64,000 nucleotides of DNA from Malacoraja senta. Taxonomy: Eukaryota. The position numbers and the translations under genes are program-made. Position 1 is the stretch's first letter; each line of letters opens with the position of its first letter. Shown one piece after another: positions 50,101 to 62,241 of the stretch. The notes beneath the pieces are model-generated. The model made no database searches and had not been told where the DNA came from. It was given only the letters and a program-made list of their open reading frames with translations. The stretch is taken from NCBI GenBank assembly GCA_038087875.1, contig CM075995.1:8558001-8622000 (forward strand), read 5' to 3'.

Positions 50101-51524
50101 CCTCGACTGATCCTACACTAACCTACACACACTAGGGACGATACCAAGCCGATTAACCTATAAACCTGTATGTGTGGGAGGACACCGGAGATCTCAGAGT
50201 GGTTGTGCTAATCATAGTTCAAAAAACAGCAATCTTAAATTCATTTGGGACAGGCAGCATCCCTGGAGAGAAGGAAAGGGGGACATTTCGGGTCATCACC
50301 CTTCTGCAGACGGAGGGTCTCGACCCGAAACGTTACCCATTCCTTCTCTCCAGAGATGCTGCCTGTCCTGCTGAGTTACTCCAGCAATTTGTGTCTTATC
50401 TTCGGTGTAAACCAGCATCTGCAGTTCCTTCCTGCACATCGAAATTCAGTAGTTATGTCAACAATATTCCTGTGAAATGTTTTTGTTTTTAAAATGACCC
50501 ATCCGCTCCGCACGGACAACGCCCGTAGTCAGGATCGAACCCGGGTCTCTGGCGCTGTCAGGCAGCAACTCTACCGCTGCCGCCAATCTGTCATCTGTTT
50601 TATTGAATAACCTTTCCACTTTCCCCCATCCTTCCCCCACTTCATACGTTCATAAGACCTAAGCGCAGAGTTAGGCCATTTGGCCCATCCAGTCTACTCC
50701 ACAATTCCATCATGGCTGATCTACCTTTTCCTCTCAACCCTATTCTCCTGCCTTCTCCTTGACACACTTATCAATCAAGAACCTGTCAATCTCCATTTAA
50801 AAACTACCCATTGACTTGGCCTCCACGACCGTCTGTGGCAATGAATTCCACAGATTCACCACCCTCTGGCTAAAGAAACCTCCTCATCTCCATTCTAAAG
50901 CAAGGTCCTATTATTCTGAGGCTGTGGCCTCTGGTCCTAGACTGCCCACTTGTGGAAACATCCTCTCCACATCCACTCTATCCAGGCCTATTCCTCCCCC
51001 CCCCCCACTGCCCTCCTAATATAAAACCTTACTTTATCTTTAGATTGTTTTCTGGTTCTCTGTGACATGATTATCGACGTGATTATCCTCTTAGTCTCCC
51101 TCGTCCGTATATCTGTGGGATTCTTTGCCACGGAAGGCTGTGGAGGCCAAGTCAGTGGATATTTTTAAGGCAGAGATCGATAGAATCTTGATTAGTACGG
51201 GTGTCGAGGGTTATGGGGAGAAGGCAGGAGAATAGGGTTAGGAGGGAGAGATGATTGAATGGCGGAGTAGACCTGATGGGCGGAATGGCCTAATCCTACT
51301 CCTGTCACTTATGACACTCCACAAGTAGCAAGAGCGATTCACTTGTAGATAGAACCAGTGACTGTGGTGCCGCCGCCTGTTTTTCAGTGCTCTCATTCTT
51401 CCCCGCTCTCAAAGCCGGTGAAGAACACCTTTAAGTCCAGACGCACCGTGCTGGAGTACCTCAGCGGGTCAGGCAGCATCTCTGGAGAGCGTGGATTGCT
51501 GAATTTTTGGGTCTGGGACCTTCT

Positions 51525-53420
51525 AACCGCCCCCAGACCGTCAGACTGGGCCATCACCTCTCCACCCCCATCACACTCAGCACCGGCTCCCCACATGGCT
51601 GTGTGTTGAGCCCCCTCCTCTACGCCCTCTACACCCACGATTGTGCCCCCGCCCACTCCACTAACACCATCGTCAAGTTCGCGGACGACGCGACTGGTTG
51701 GACGTATCTCAGGAGGAGATGAGACAGCCTACAGGGAGGAAGTCCAAAGACTGGCAGCGTGGTGTTCAGACAACAACCTCATCCTAAACACCACAAAAAC
51801 AAAGGAAATTATCATAGACTTCCGTAAGAACAGTGCAGCCCTCAAACCCCTATTCATCAATGGGGACTGTGTGGAAAGGGTCTCAGACTTCAGATTCCTG
51901 GGCACACAAATTACGGAGGATCTCTCCTGGACTACAAACACCACCACAGCAGTCAAGAAGGCCCAGCGGCGACTCTACTTTCTGAGGATCCTCAGGAAAA
52001 ACAACCTGGAGGAGAAGCTGCTGGTGTCGTTCTACCGCTGCTCCATCGAGAGTGTGCTGGCGTACTGTATAACCACATGGTATGCCAGCTGCTCTGCAGC
52101 GGACAGGAGAGCCCTTCAAAGGGTCATCAACACCGCACAAAAAATCACTGGCTGCCCACTGCCCTCCCTGAAGGACATCTTCAGGATGGCGGATGTGCAG
52201 GAGTGGGCGCCGGTTGTGCGGGCTCCCCCCCTGCCTGCAGTCCGTCCTCTAACCCTTTTTATTGTCTATAATTTTTATTTGGAGGTCTATTCTTTCTATG
52301 TGGGGGGTGGGGGGAAACTGCTTTAACCCCAGTCCTACCTGGTCGGAGATGCGGTTTTCCTCCAAATCGCATCTTCGCTCTCCCCATGCGGCCTTCCATC
52401 GGGCTGGAGCGTCGTTTCCTGCCGGGACCACAGCTTCGGCGGCACAGCGCTGGGACACCAACACGGAGCGGGCGATGCCTTGCCGGGTCGCCGCTCCGGA
52501 GTGCTATGACCGCCAACCACCAACATCGAGCAGCCGCGGGCTGCGGTCTGAGGGCATCCCACCGCGGGCGGGCGGCGCTGGATCGAAAACACCGCGGAGT
52601 CAGAGTCGAAGCTCCAACCGGCGCGGCCTGAAGACTACGGGCGTCGCAGTCTCCGGGGAGGGAGCGGCCGCTCCAGACACTTCCAATCCGCTGAGGACTT
52701 TCCACCCGATGCCGGTGTTCCAGCTTCCCGGCGGGTGGGCCTACAACATCGGGCTGCCGTTGCGGCGACTGGCTGCGGAGGCCTCAAACTGGCCCAGACC
52801 TCGGGTGGACTAGGAGGAGGACTGGACATTTTGGTGCCTTTCCCTCACAGTGGAGAGTGTCGACTCTGCTGTGGGGGGGATGTTCGTGTTGAATCTCTAA
52901 TTGTGTGTCCTGTCTTTTTTTTATTCTACCTTTTTTATTTTTCATTGATATGGATAATTCTCTCTGTAAAGCACTTTGGCTTCAGTGATTTGATTGAAAA
53001 GTGCTATATAAATAAACTTACTTTACTTTACTTTACTTCAGCTCTCGTTGCCTTGGCAGGGCAGCCAACATCCTGAAGGACCCTTCCCACCCTGGACACA
53101 ACCTGTTCCACCTGCTGCCCTCTGGCAGACGGTACAGGTCTTTCAAAACTCGCACAAACAGACTCAGAGACAGCTTTTACCCCATAGCCATACGTGAACT
53201 TAACAATGCGAAATAACACTCACATTCAACTGAATGGTTCTACCTCAGCTGCTATTGTTATTTAGCTGTAATTTTTCTCTTTATATGTATATATTTTTAC
53301 CTTTTATTATATATTTAAAATTGCTCTTGTGAATCGTACCGTGGGATTGACTTTTAAATTTCGTTGTACACTAGTGCAATGACAATAAAGAGATTACTTA
53401 CTTACTTACTTACTTACTTA
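51525..53420 (+). mobile_element. Rex1/Babar-type LINE RT-to-3'-end fragment, interrupted at 52185-53035
   Basis: TGSPHGCVLSPLLYALYTHDC...IVKFADD, DETAYREEV...LNTTKTKEIIIDFR, and a (TTAC)n tail. Confidence 0.85.
52185..53035 (+). mobile_element. About 850-bp GC-rich non-coding retroposon with an L2-like 3' tail
   Basis: Flanked by CTTCAG (52179-52184, 53036-53041); removing it restores the Rex1 sequence. Ends TGTAAAGCACTTTG...GAAAAGTGCTATATAAATAAA(CTTTA)n. Confidence 0.65.
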
Positions 53421-53453
53421 CTTCAGACTCAAGTCTGAAGACGGGTCCCAATC

Positions 53454-53611
53454 AGAAACGTCACCTATCCATGTTCTCCACAGATGCTGCCTGACCCGCT
53501 GAGTTACTCCAGCACTCTGTGAAACGTCACCTATCCATGTTCTCCACAGATGCTGCCTGACCCGCTGAGTTACTCCAGCACTCTGTGAAACGTCACCTAT
53601 CCATATTCTCC
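53454..53611 (-). repeat. Short 66-bp array (about 2.4 units)
   Basis: Same unit, directly following a terminal-repeat remnant (CTGAAGA...GAAACGTC). Confidence 0.9.
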
Positions 53612-53674
53612 AGCAGGCACGGAAATCGCTATCAAAACATGGGGGACACACAATTTCTTGGCGGCCGCGTGCAT

Positions 53675-53783
<109 letters not shown>

Positions 53784-54498
53784 CACGCGTGCGCATCCGC
53801 ACACACGCGAGGCTTCGGCCGTGGGCCCTGTGGACGGTAACATCGGGAGCTGACCTGGTTGGTGACCGACTCCGAACTCCAGCAACAGCAGCTTCGTCCG
53901 CCCCGAATCATGGGGCTTGAATCGGCCCGCTCGTGGGGGCTTTCATCGCACGGCGGGGGCTTCAACATCGGGAGCCTCGATGCAGCAGTTTGATTTTAAG
54001 CCGCGCCATTTTGAGTCCTCCAGCATTTTGAGTCTTTTTTTGTAGATCAGCATCTGCAGTTCATTGTTTCTACCTTTAAATCAATTTGTCCAAGTTTTCT
54101 TCCTAATTTATTTTGTCAACAGGAATATGGATGTGCATCATATATACTTTGTTATTTATTTTTGGAACAATTTAGAAATGGGCCCTTCAACTTATTGAGT
54201 CCATGCCAACCATTGATCGATCACCTACTCACACTAGTTCTATGTAATCCCCAATCGTATGCAATGTTATTTGAAAGTTGATTGTAAATTGTAAATTGTC
54301 CCTAGTGTGGGTTGGAGTGTGGGTTGGATGGTGTAAGCGTGTGGGGATCGCTGGTCAACACGGACTCAGTGGGCCGAAGGGCCTGTTTCTGCGCTGTATC
54401 TCTAAACTGAACCAAGCTGATCTTCAAATAATCAGACGTGCATCTTTTTAATCATTGTAGGAATGTATGTGTCAATTTGTCTTTTATTTTAATTTCAG

Positions 54499-54559
54499 GG
54501 AACTCTTAGAACAAGTGGCAGAATTTGAAAAGGCAGAATTTACCACAGCAGGCAAAAAA
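54499..54559 (+). CDS. LZTFL1: LZTFL1 coding exon
   Basis: aatttcag|54499 and 54559|gtaagt. ELLEQVAEFEKAEFTTAGKK. Phase fits the previous exon. Confidence 0.93.
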
Positions 54560-55055
54560 GTAAGTTGGAGTTAGACTCGGTAAAAGTTTGTTTAGATATA
54601 TTGACAATAGACAATAAACAATAGGTGCAGGAGTAGGCCATTCGGCCCTTCGAGCCAGCACCGCCATTCAATGTGATCATGGCTGATCATCCCCAATCAG
54701 TACCCCGTTCCTGCCTTCTCCCCATATGCCCTGACTCCGCTATTTTTAAGAGCCCTATCTAGCTCTCTCTTGAAAGCATCCAGAGAACCTGCCTCCACCG
54801 CCCTCTGAGGCAGAGAATTCCACAGACTCACCACTCTCTGTGAGAAAAAGTGTTTCCTCGTCTCCATTCTAAATGGCTTACTCCTTAATCTTAAACTGTG
54901 GCCCCTGGTTCTGGACGCCCCCAACATTGGGAACATGTTTCCTGCCTCTAGCGTGTCCAAGCCCTTAACAATCTTATAAGTTTCAATGAGATCCCCTCAC
55001 CCCTGGTTCTGGACTACCCCAACATCGGGAACATGTTTCCTGCCTCTATTGTGTC

Positions 55056-55589
55056 TGTTACGACTCCCGAAAGCAGGCAATCCAGAGCCGCGTAACATAA
55101 GTCCAAAAGCCAGGTTTACGTTCAAAAATAGTTTAATTATTGATAACACCCCAAAACCCAAACCTGCTTCAAACAACCCAGACAAGGATGAATGTATTAA
55201 TAAACAACTTAAAGGTGCTCAGGCCAGTCACGCGATGGACCGTCAAACCCGAGGCTCTAAACCTGCCTAAAGAAAGCTATCCCTGAAACAAAATACCGAT
55301 AACGTCTAAGGACAGCCCAATTCAATATTTGGTACTACGAAATGATGGAATTACACGAAGTTCTATGCCATGTGGCCGGGCCTTCCACAGCTCACACCAG
55401 CACAACCTCACGAGGCAGGGTCGTCACCGAAAGAGAGAGAACTCTGGGAAATCTTCCATTTATACTGGGGATGGGTCAGCCGTCACCTGACGCAGCCTGG
55501 CCAATCAGGTACAGGATCCTTCCAGCCTGCACTTGGGGAAGAAACGGAGGTTAACACACAACATTGACCAGGAGGGAGAGCGTGTCACA
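55056..55589 (-). mobile_element. Solo LTR (534 bp) inserted in a CR1 fragment
   Basis: TG...CA termini (TGTTACG / TGTCACA) with 5-bp TSD GTGTC at 55051-55055 and 55590-55594. Minus-strand TATAAA (55459-55464) and ATTAAA (55132-55137). Confidence 0.8.
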
Positions 55590-56027
55590 GTGTCCAAGCC
55601 CTTAACAATCTTATATGTTTCAATGAGATATCCTCTCATCCTTCTAAACTCCAGAGTGTACAAGCCCAGTCGATCCATTCTCTCAGCATATGACAGTCCC
55701 GCCATCCCGGGAATTAACCTTGTAAACCTACGCTGCACTCCCTCAATAGCAAGAATATCCTTCTCAAATTAGGGGACCAAAACTGCACACAATACTCCAG
55801 GTATTGCATTTGAAAATTAATCTATTTCTTATTTTGAATGTGAGAGAGAATCAGTTCTACAACCGTGTACGTACAGGCAGCCATCGCAGCACTAACGGAG
55901 GCAAGCCCATCGTACATGTACTGTTTTGTCCAAGATATATAGACAATAGGTGCAGGAGTAGGCCATTCAGCCCTTCGAGCCAGCACTGCCATTCAACGTG
56001 ATCATGGCTGATCATCCACATTCAGTA

Positions 56028-56777
56028 AGATAGAACTGCAGATGCTGGTTTAAATCGAAGGTAGACACAAAATGCTGGAGTAACTCAGCGGGTCAGGCAG
56101 CATCTGTGGAGAACATGGATAGGTGACGTTTCACAGAGTGCTGGAGTAACTCAGCGGGACAGGCAGCATCTCTGGAGAGAAGGAATGGGCGACGTTTCGG
56201 GTCGAGACCCTTCTTCAGACTGATGTCAGGGGAGGGGCGGGACAAAGATAGAATGTAGTCGGAGACAGGAAGACTAGTGAGAGAACTGGGAAGGGGATGG
56301 AGAGGGAAAGCAAGGTGTCAACTTCTCTACATCGGCGAGACCAAGCGCAGGCTCGGCGATCGTTTCACTGAACACCTCCGCTCAGTCCGTCTTAACCAAG
56401 CTGATCTCCCGGTGGCCCAGCACTTCAACTCCCCTCCCATTCCCAATCTGACCTTTCTGTCCTGGGCCTCCTCCATTGTCAGAGTGAGGCCCAGTGCAAA
56501 TTGGAGGAACAGCACCTCATATTTCGCTTGGGCAGCTTACACCCCAGCGGTATGAACATTGACTTCTCTAACTTCAGATAGCCCGTGCTTTCTCTCTCTC
56601 TCCATCCCCTTCCCAGTTCTCCCACCAGTATGACTGTCTCCGACTACATTCTATCTTTGTCCCGCCCTCTCCCCTGACATCAGTCTGAATAAGGGTCTCG
56701 AACTTAAACGTCGCCCATTCCTTGTCTCCAGAGATGCTGCCTCACCCGCTGAGTTACTCCAGCATTTTGTGTCTACC
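56028..56777 (+). mobile_element. Truncated Penelope-like element with long inverted terminal repeats
   Basis: CQLLYIGETKRRLGDRFTEHLR core flanked by inverted repeats. Inserted in a CR1 3' UTR with an imperfect duplication CATCCACA(TT)CAGTA. Confidence 0.88.
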
Positions 56778-58394
56778 ATCCACAGTACCCCGTTCCTGCC
56801 TTCTCCCCATATCCCTTGATTCCGCTAGCTCTCAGAGCTCCATCTAACTCTCTTTTGAATGCATCCAGTTAATCGGCCTCCTGAGGCAGAGAATTCCACA
56901 GATTAATCCATTCAGTCTCATTCCCTTGTGCTGTTGTCAGTGTACTGCAATTTTTTGTCATATTGAAATATTTATCCAGTTCCCTTTTGAAAATGCTGGA
57001 GAAACTCTGCGGGTGAGGCAGCATCTATGGAGCGAAGGAAATCGGCGACGTTTCAGGTTGAGACCCTTCTTCAGACTGATGTGGCCCTTTTCTGCATCCA
57101 CCGCACTTTACGTTTGTGCATTCCAGATTACGACATTACACTTATTTAAAAAAACACTTTTTTTCCCCCAAGTTTGCCTGGATCTTTAACTAATCAAATA
57201 TTAAGTATTAAGTCCTCTGGTAATAGGGAAGCTTTATCTCGGTATGCCTCGTCTAAACAATAGACAATAGGTGCAGGAGTAGGCCATTCGGCCCTTCGAG
57301 CCAGCACCGCCATTCAATGTGATCATGGCTCATCATCCCCAATCAGTACCCCATTCCTGCCTTCTCCCCATATCCCCTGACTCTGCTATTTTTAAGAGCC
57401 CTATCTAGCTCTCTCTTGAAAGTATCCAGAGAACCTGCCTCCACCGCCCTCTGAGGCAGAGAATTCCACAGACTCACCACTCTCTGTGAGAAAAAGTGTT
57501 TCCTCGTCTCCCTTCTAAATAGCTTACTCCTTATTCTTAAACTGTGGCCCCTGTGGGCATATACGACAGTGTACAAAATCCTGTCAGTATTTTGTACGCT
57601 GTCGTATATGCTCACATCATTTCATGGTGGGGGCCAGAGTTGCTGTCTCACAGCTCCAGAGATCCGGGTTTGATCCTGACTATGGGTGCTGTCTGTGCAG
57701 AGTTTGTATGTACCCTCCCCCATCCTAGTTGCCCGACCAGTCTGACTCTCCTCCTGATTAAATGTTATCTTTGTATCCTAGCTAACAACGATCTATTCTG
57801 CATTTTCCTTGATCTTTTAGTTTAGTTTAGTTTAGTGATACAGCGCGGAAACAGGCTCTTCGACCTACCGAGTTGGCGCTGACCGTCGATCCCCGCACAT
57901 GAACACTATTCTACACACACTAGGGACAATTTACACGTATACCAAGCATATTAACCTACAAACCTGCACGTCTTTGGAGTGTGGGAGGAAACTGAAGATC
58001 TCGGAGAAAACCCACGCAGGTCACGGGGAGAACGTGCAAACTCCGTACAGACAGCACCCGTAGTCGGGATCGAACCCGGGACACTGGCGCTGTGAGAGCT
58101 GTTAGGCAGCAACTCTACTGCTGCGCCACCGTGCCACCCTGCCACCATGCCAAAGGGGACTTCGTCCCCTTTGATGTCTCATTTTCACACCTTACCCTTC
58201 CATATCTCTACGTCTCCCCCTCCCCTGACTCTCAGTCTGAAGAAGGGTCTTGACCCAAAACGTCACCCATTCCTTCTCTCCAGAGGTGCTGCCTGTCCCG
58301 CTGAGTTACTCCAGCATTTTGTGTCTACCAATAACTTAGTGCGCGTGACGTAATTATCCCACCTATTCATTTTCTCCCTTGATTTTTCCTGCAG

Positions 58395-58466
58395 GCAAGC
58401 ACAGAAATCAGCAAACTGAAACTTGCTCCGTTGAATGAAGGAGGCGTTTCTGAACTCTTGAGCAAG
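58395..58466 (+). CDS. LZTFL1: LZTFL1 coding exon
   Basis: cctgcag|58395 and 58466|gtaaga. ASTEISKLKLAPLNEGGVSELLSK (cf. KPKLAPLNEGG). Confidence 0.93.
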
Positions 58467-60849
58467 GTAAGACTTGTCTGAGGAATCTGTGACCAAAAAA
58501 TATTTAAAGGTGAAGGGAGTCAGAATCTTTTTCCCCGGCTTCATAATTGATTGGAGCAGAATTAGGCCATTTGACCCATCTACTCTGCCATTCAATCATG
58601 GCTGATCTATCTCTCCCTCTCAACCGCCATTCTCTTGCCTTCTCCCCGTAGCCCCTGACACCCGGGCTCATCAAGAGGATTAGGATGGACACGTGAAATT
58701 CCATTGACTCCATCTACACTTCACGCTGCCTCGGCAAAGCTTGTCACTGTACCTCGGTGACAACTCAAGACCACCAGCATAATCAAGGACCAGTCTCACC
58801 CCGGCCACTCCCTCTTCTCCCCTCTCCCATCGGTCAAGAGGTACAGAAGTGTGAAAACTCACACCTCCAGATTCAGGGACAGTTTCTTCCCGGCTGTTAT
58901 CAGACAACTGAACCGTCCGCTCACCAACCTAACTTTAGAAAGGAGATGAGGAGGAATTTCTGTAGTCAGTGGGTGGTCAAGTCAGTGAATACTTTTAAGG
59001 CAGAGATAGATTCTTATAGACAATAGGTGCAGGAGTAGGCCATTCGGCCCTTCGAGCCAGCACTGCCATTCAATGTGATCATGGCTGATCATCCCCAATC
59101 AGTACCCCGTTCCTGCCTTCTCCCCATATCCCCTGACTCCGCTATTTTTAAGAGCCCTATCTAGCTCGCTCTTGAAAGCATCCAGACAACCGGCCTCCAC
59201 CGCCCTCTGAGGCAGAGAATTCCTCAGATTCACCACTCTCTGTGAGAAAAAGTGTTTCCTCGTCTCCGTTCTAAATGGCTTACTCCTTATTCTTAAACTG
59301 TGTGTGGCCCCTGGTTCTGGAATTCTTGATTGACTACACATGATTACAATCGAGCCGTCCACAGTGTACGGAAACAGGATAAAGGGAACAACGTCTAGTG
59401 CAAGATAAAGTCCGAGGGAGATAGTCCAAGGGTGTTCAATGAGGTCTATAGTAGTTCAGGACCTAGCTCTAGTTCATAACTTCATAGGTTCTAGGTGCAG
59501 AATTAGGCCATTCGACCCATCAAGCCCACTCCACATTCAATCATGGCTGATCTATCTTTCCCTCTCAACCCAATTCTCCTGCCTTCTCCCCATAGCCCCT
59601 GACACCCGTACTCATCAGGAATCTGTCAATAGAGTCATAGTCATAGAGAGATACAGTGTGGAAACAGGCCCTTCGGCCCAACTTGCCCACACCGGCCGAC
59701 AATGTCCCAGCTACACTAGTCCCACTTGCCAGCGCTTGGTCCATATCCCACCTAACTGTTTCTTAAACGATGGGATAGTCCCCGCCTCAACCACCTCCTC
59801 TGGAAGCTCGTTCCCTACACCCATCGCCCTTTGTGCAGAGACTCTGGCAAGAGACTCTGTGCATCTTCCCGATCTATTCCACTCCTGATTTTGTACACCT
59901 CTATAAGATCTCTCCTCATCCTCCTGCGCTCCGTGGAATACAGACTCAGCCTACTCAACCTCTCCCTGTAGCTCAATCTCTGCCTTAAAAATAACCCCCG
60001 AGAGGGGAGGTGGGAGGCGACAAAGGAGGACCCAATGTGGGGGGAGTGCCGCGATGGGGGGGGGGGGAGATCCTGGAGTGGGATACTTCGTAACTTGGTA
60101 ACCCCCCTTTATGTAGCCACTCTTTGCATACTTTGCAAGCAAAGAATTTCACTGTGACATGTCACATGTGACAATAAAGTTATTCATTTCATTCACGGCC
60201 ATTGGAAGTCCACAAAATCATCAGCTTGCTATCTTTGCAATGCAGATCTGTTCCTTTTTGGGCCACCAGATCTTGTGTTAATTTTACTAACACGGCGGCG
60301 CAGCGGTAGATTTGCTTCCTCACAGCGCCAGAGACCCGGGTTCAATCCTGACCACGGGTGCTGTCTGTAATGGAGTTTGTACGTTCTCCCTGTGGCCTGC
60401 ATGGGTTTTCCCCTCGGTGATCCGATTTTCTCCCACGAGTCAAAGACGTACAGGTTTGTAGGTTAATTGGCTTTGGTAAAAATTCTAACTTGTGTGTAGG
60501 ATAGTGCTAGTGTACGGGGTGATCGCTCATTGGCGCGGATTCGGTGGGCCGATAGGCCTACTTCCACGCTGTATCTCGAAATTAAAAAACTGATCTAAAC
60601 TAAACCAAACTCATTCAGTTCATCTCAAACTAAACTATTGAAAATTCTTAGTATGTGCAGGAAGGAACTGCAGATGCTGGTTTATACCGAACATAGACAC
60701 AAAAAGCTGGAGTAACTCAGCGGGACTGGCAGCATCTTGGGAGAAAAGGTGACGTTTCGGGTCGAGATCTGATGTTTCTGAAGAAGGGTCTTGACCCTAA
60801 ATGTCACCTATTCCTTTTCTCCAGAGATGCCGTCTGACCCACTGAGTTA

Positions 60850-61180
60850 TTGCCCTGTCCCACTTACGTGACTTTTTCGGCGACTTCCGGCACCCGTCAT
60901 AGGTCGTTGCAGGTTGGCGAAATTTATCAACATGTTGAAAATTCACCAGCGACCAGAAAGACGCTACGACTCTTTGGGCGACCGAGGAGACGACTCACGA
61001 CCATACAGGCGACACCCTGGCGGGGTGAAGCCTGTATGGTCGTGAGTGGTCGCCCAAAGAGTCGTACCTTGTTCTGGTCGCCGCTGGATTTTCAACATGT
61101 GGAAAATATTCAGCGACCTGCAACAACCTATGACGGGTGCCGGCAGTCGCCGAAAAAGTCGCGTAAGTGGGACAGGCCGA
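60850..61180. mobile_element. Harbinger-type MITE inserted in a Penelope fold-back unit
   Basis: About 60-bp imperfect TIRs (CCTGTCCCACTTACG...CCGTCATAGG) with TTA/TAA flanks. Confidence 0.82.
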
Positions 61181-61309
61181 TAACTCCAGCTTTCTGTGTC
61201 TTATCTTCCACTGAAAACACTTGATGCATATTCTTGAACCAAATTCTTGTTTGATACAGAGTAAGTAAACTGCGACGAGAATGAGTGAGCTTGACCTTTA
61301 TTTGTGCAG

Positions 61310-61375
61310 GAGATCACACGACTCCAAGAGGAGAACGATAAGCTGAAGGCAAGACTAAAAACTATCGAAACACAG
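61310..61375 (+). CDS. LZTFL1: LZTFL1 coding exon (coiled coil)
   Basis: tttgtgcag|61310 and 61375|gtaacg. EITRLQEENDKLKARLKTIETQ. Confidence 0.93.
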
Positions 61376-61485
61376 GTAACGTGATTTATCACCCTTGATT
61401 GTTGATGACCGAGAAATGATCTCATGCTAGAGCTGTCTATCTGTTTCTTGAAACGTCTCACCATTTTTAATCACTGGAATTTTAG

Positions 61486-61563
61486 GCCACAAATGCCTTG
61501 GATGAAAAGTTCAAATTAGAGCGAGTTCTTAAGGATTTAGAAAAAGCCCAAGGGGACCAAGAG
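61486..61563 (+). CDS. LZTFL1: LZTFL1 coding exon; gene continues beyond the window
   Basis: ttttag|61486 and 61563|gtaagg. ATNALDEKFKLERVLKDLEKAQGDQE. Follows a 110-nt intron. Confidence 0.93.
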
Positions 61564-61648
61564 GTAAGGCAAATTTAGATGTTTTTAATTAGATGCCTTG
61601 TAGGCAGTATTTTTCCAATACACTATCCCACAGGTATCAGAAATATGT

Positions 61649-62241
61649 GTTGGAAGGAACTGCAGATGCTGGTTTACACCGAAAATAGACACAAAATGCT
61701 GGAGTAACTCATCGGTCTCGACCTGAAACATCACCCATTCCGTCTATCCAGAGATGCTGCTACTCCAGCACTCTGTGAAACGTCACCTATCCATGTTCTC
61801 CACAGATGCTGCCTGACCCGCTGAGTTACTCCAGCACTCTGTGAAACGTCACCTATCCATGTTCTCCACAGATGCTGCCTGACCCGCTGAGTTACTCCAG
61901 CACTCTGTGAAACGTCACCTATCCATGTTCTCCACAGATGCTGCCTGACCCGCTGAGTTACTCCAGCATTCTGTGAAACGTCACCTATCCATGTTCTCCA
62001 CAGATGCTGCTTGACTCGCTGAGTTACTCCAGCACTCTGTGAAACGTCACCTATCCATGTTCTCCACAGATGCTGCCTGACCCGCTGAGTTACTCCAGCA
62101 CTCTGTGAAACGTCACCTATCCACGTTCTCCACAGATGCTGCCTGACCCGCTGAGTTACTCCAGCACTCTGTGAAACGTCACCTATCCATGTTCTCCACA
62201 GATGCTGCTTGACTCGCTGAGTTACTCCAGCTTTTTGTGTC
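61649..62241 (-). repeat. Penelope fold-back insertion containing a 66-bp array (about 7 units, 61760-62232)
   Basis: 14-bp direct repeat TATCAGAAATATGT at 61635-61648 and 62242-62255 bounds the whole unit. Confidence 0.88.

Noticed and set aside
52262..52813. 183-aa ORF as a novel gene
   Set aside because: Lies within a TSD-bounded GC-rich insertion, with low-complexity Arg/Ala/Pro composition and no splice or domain support.
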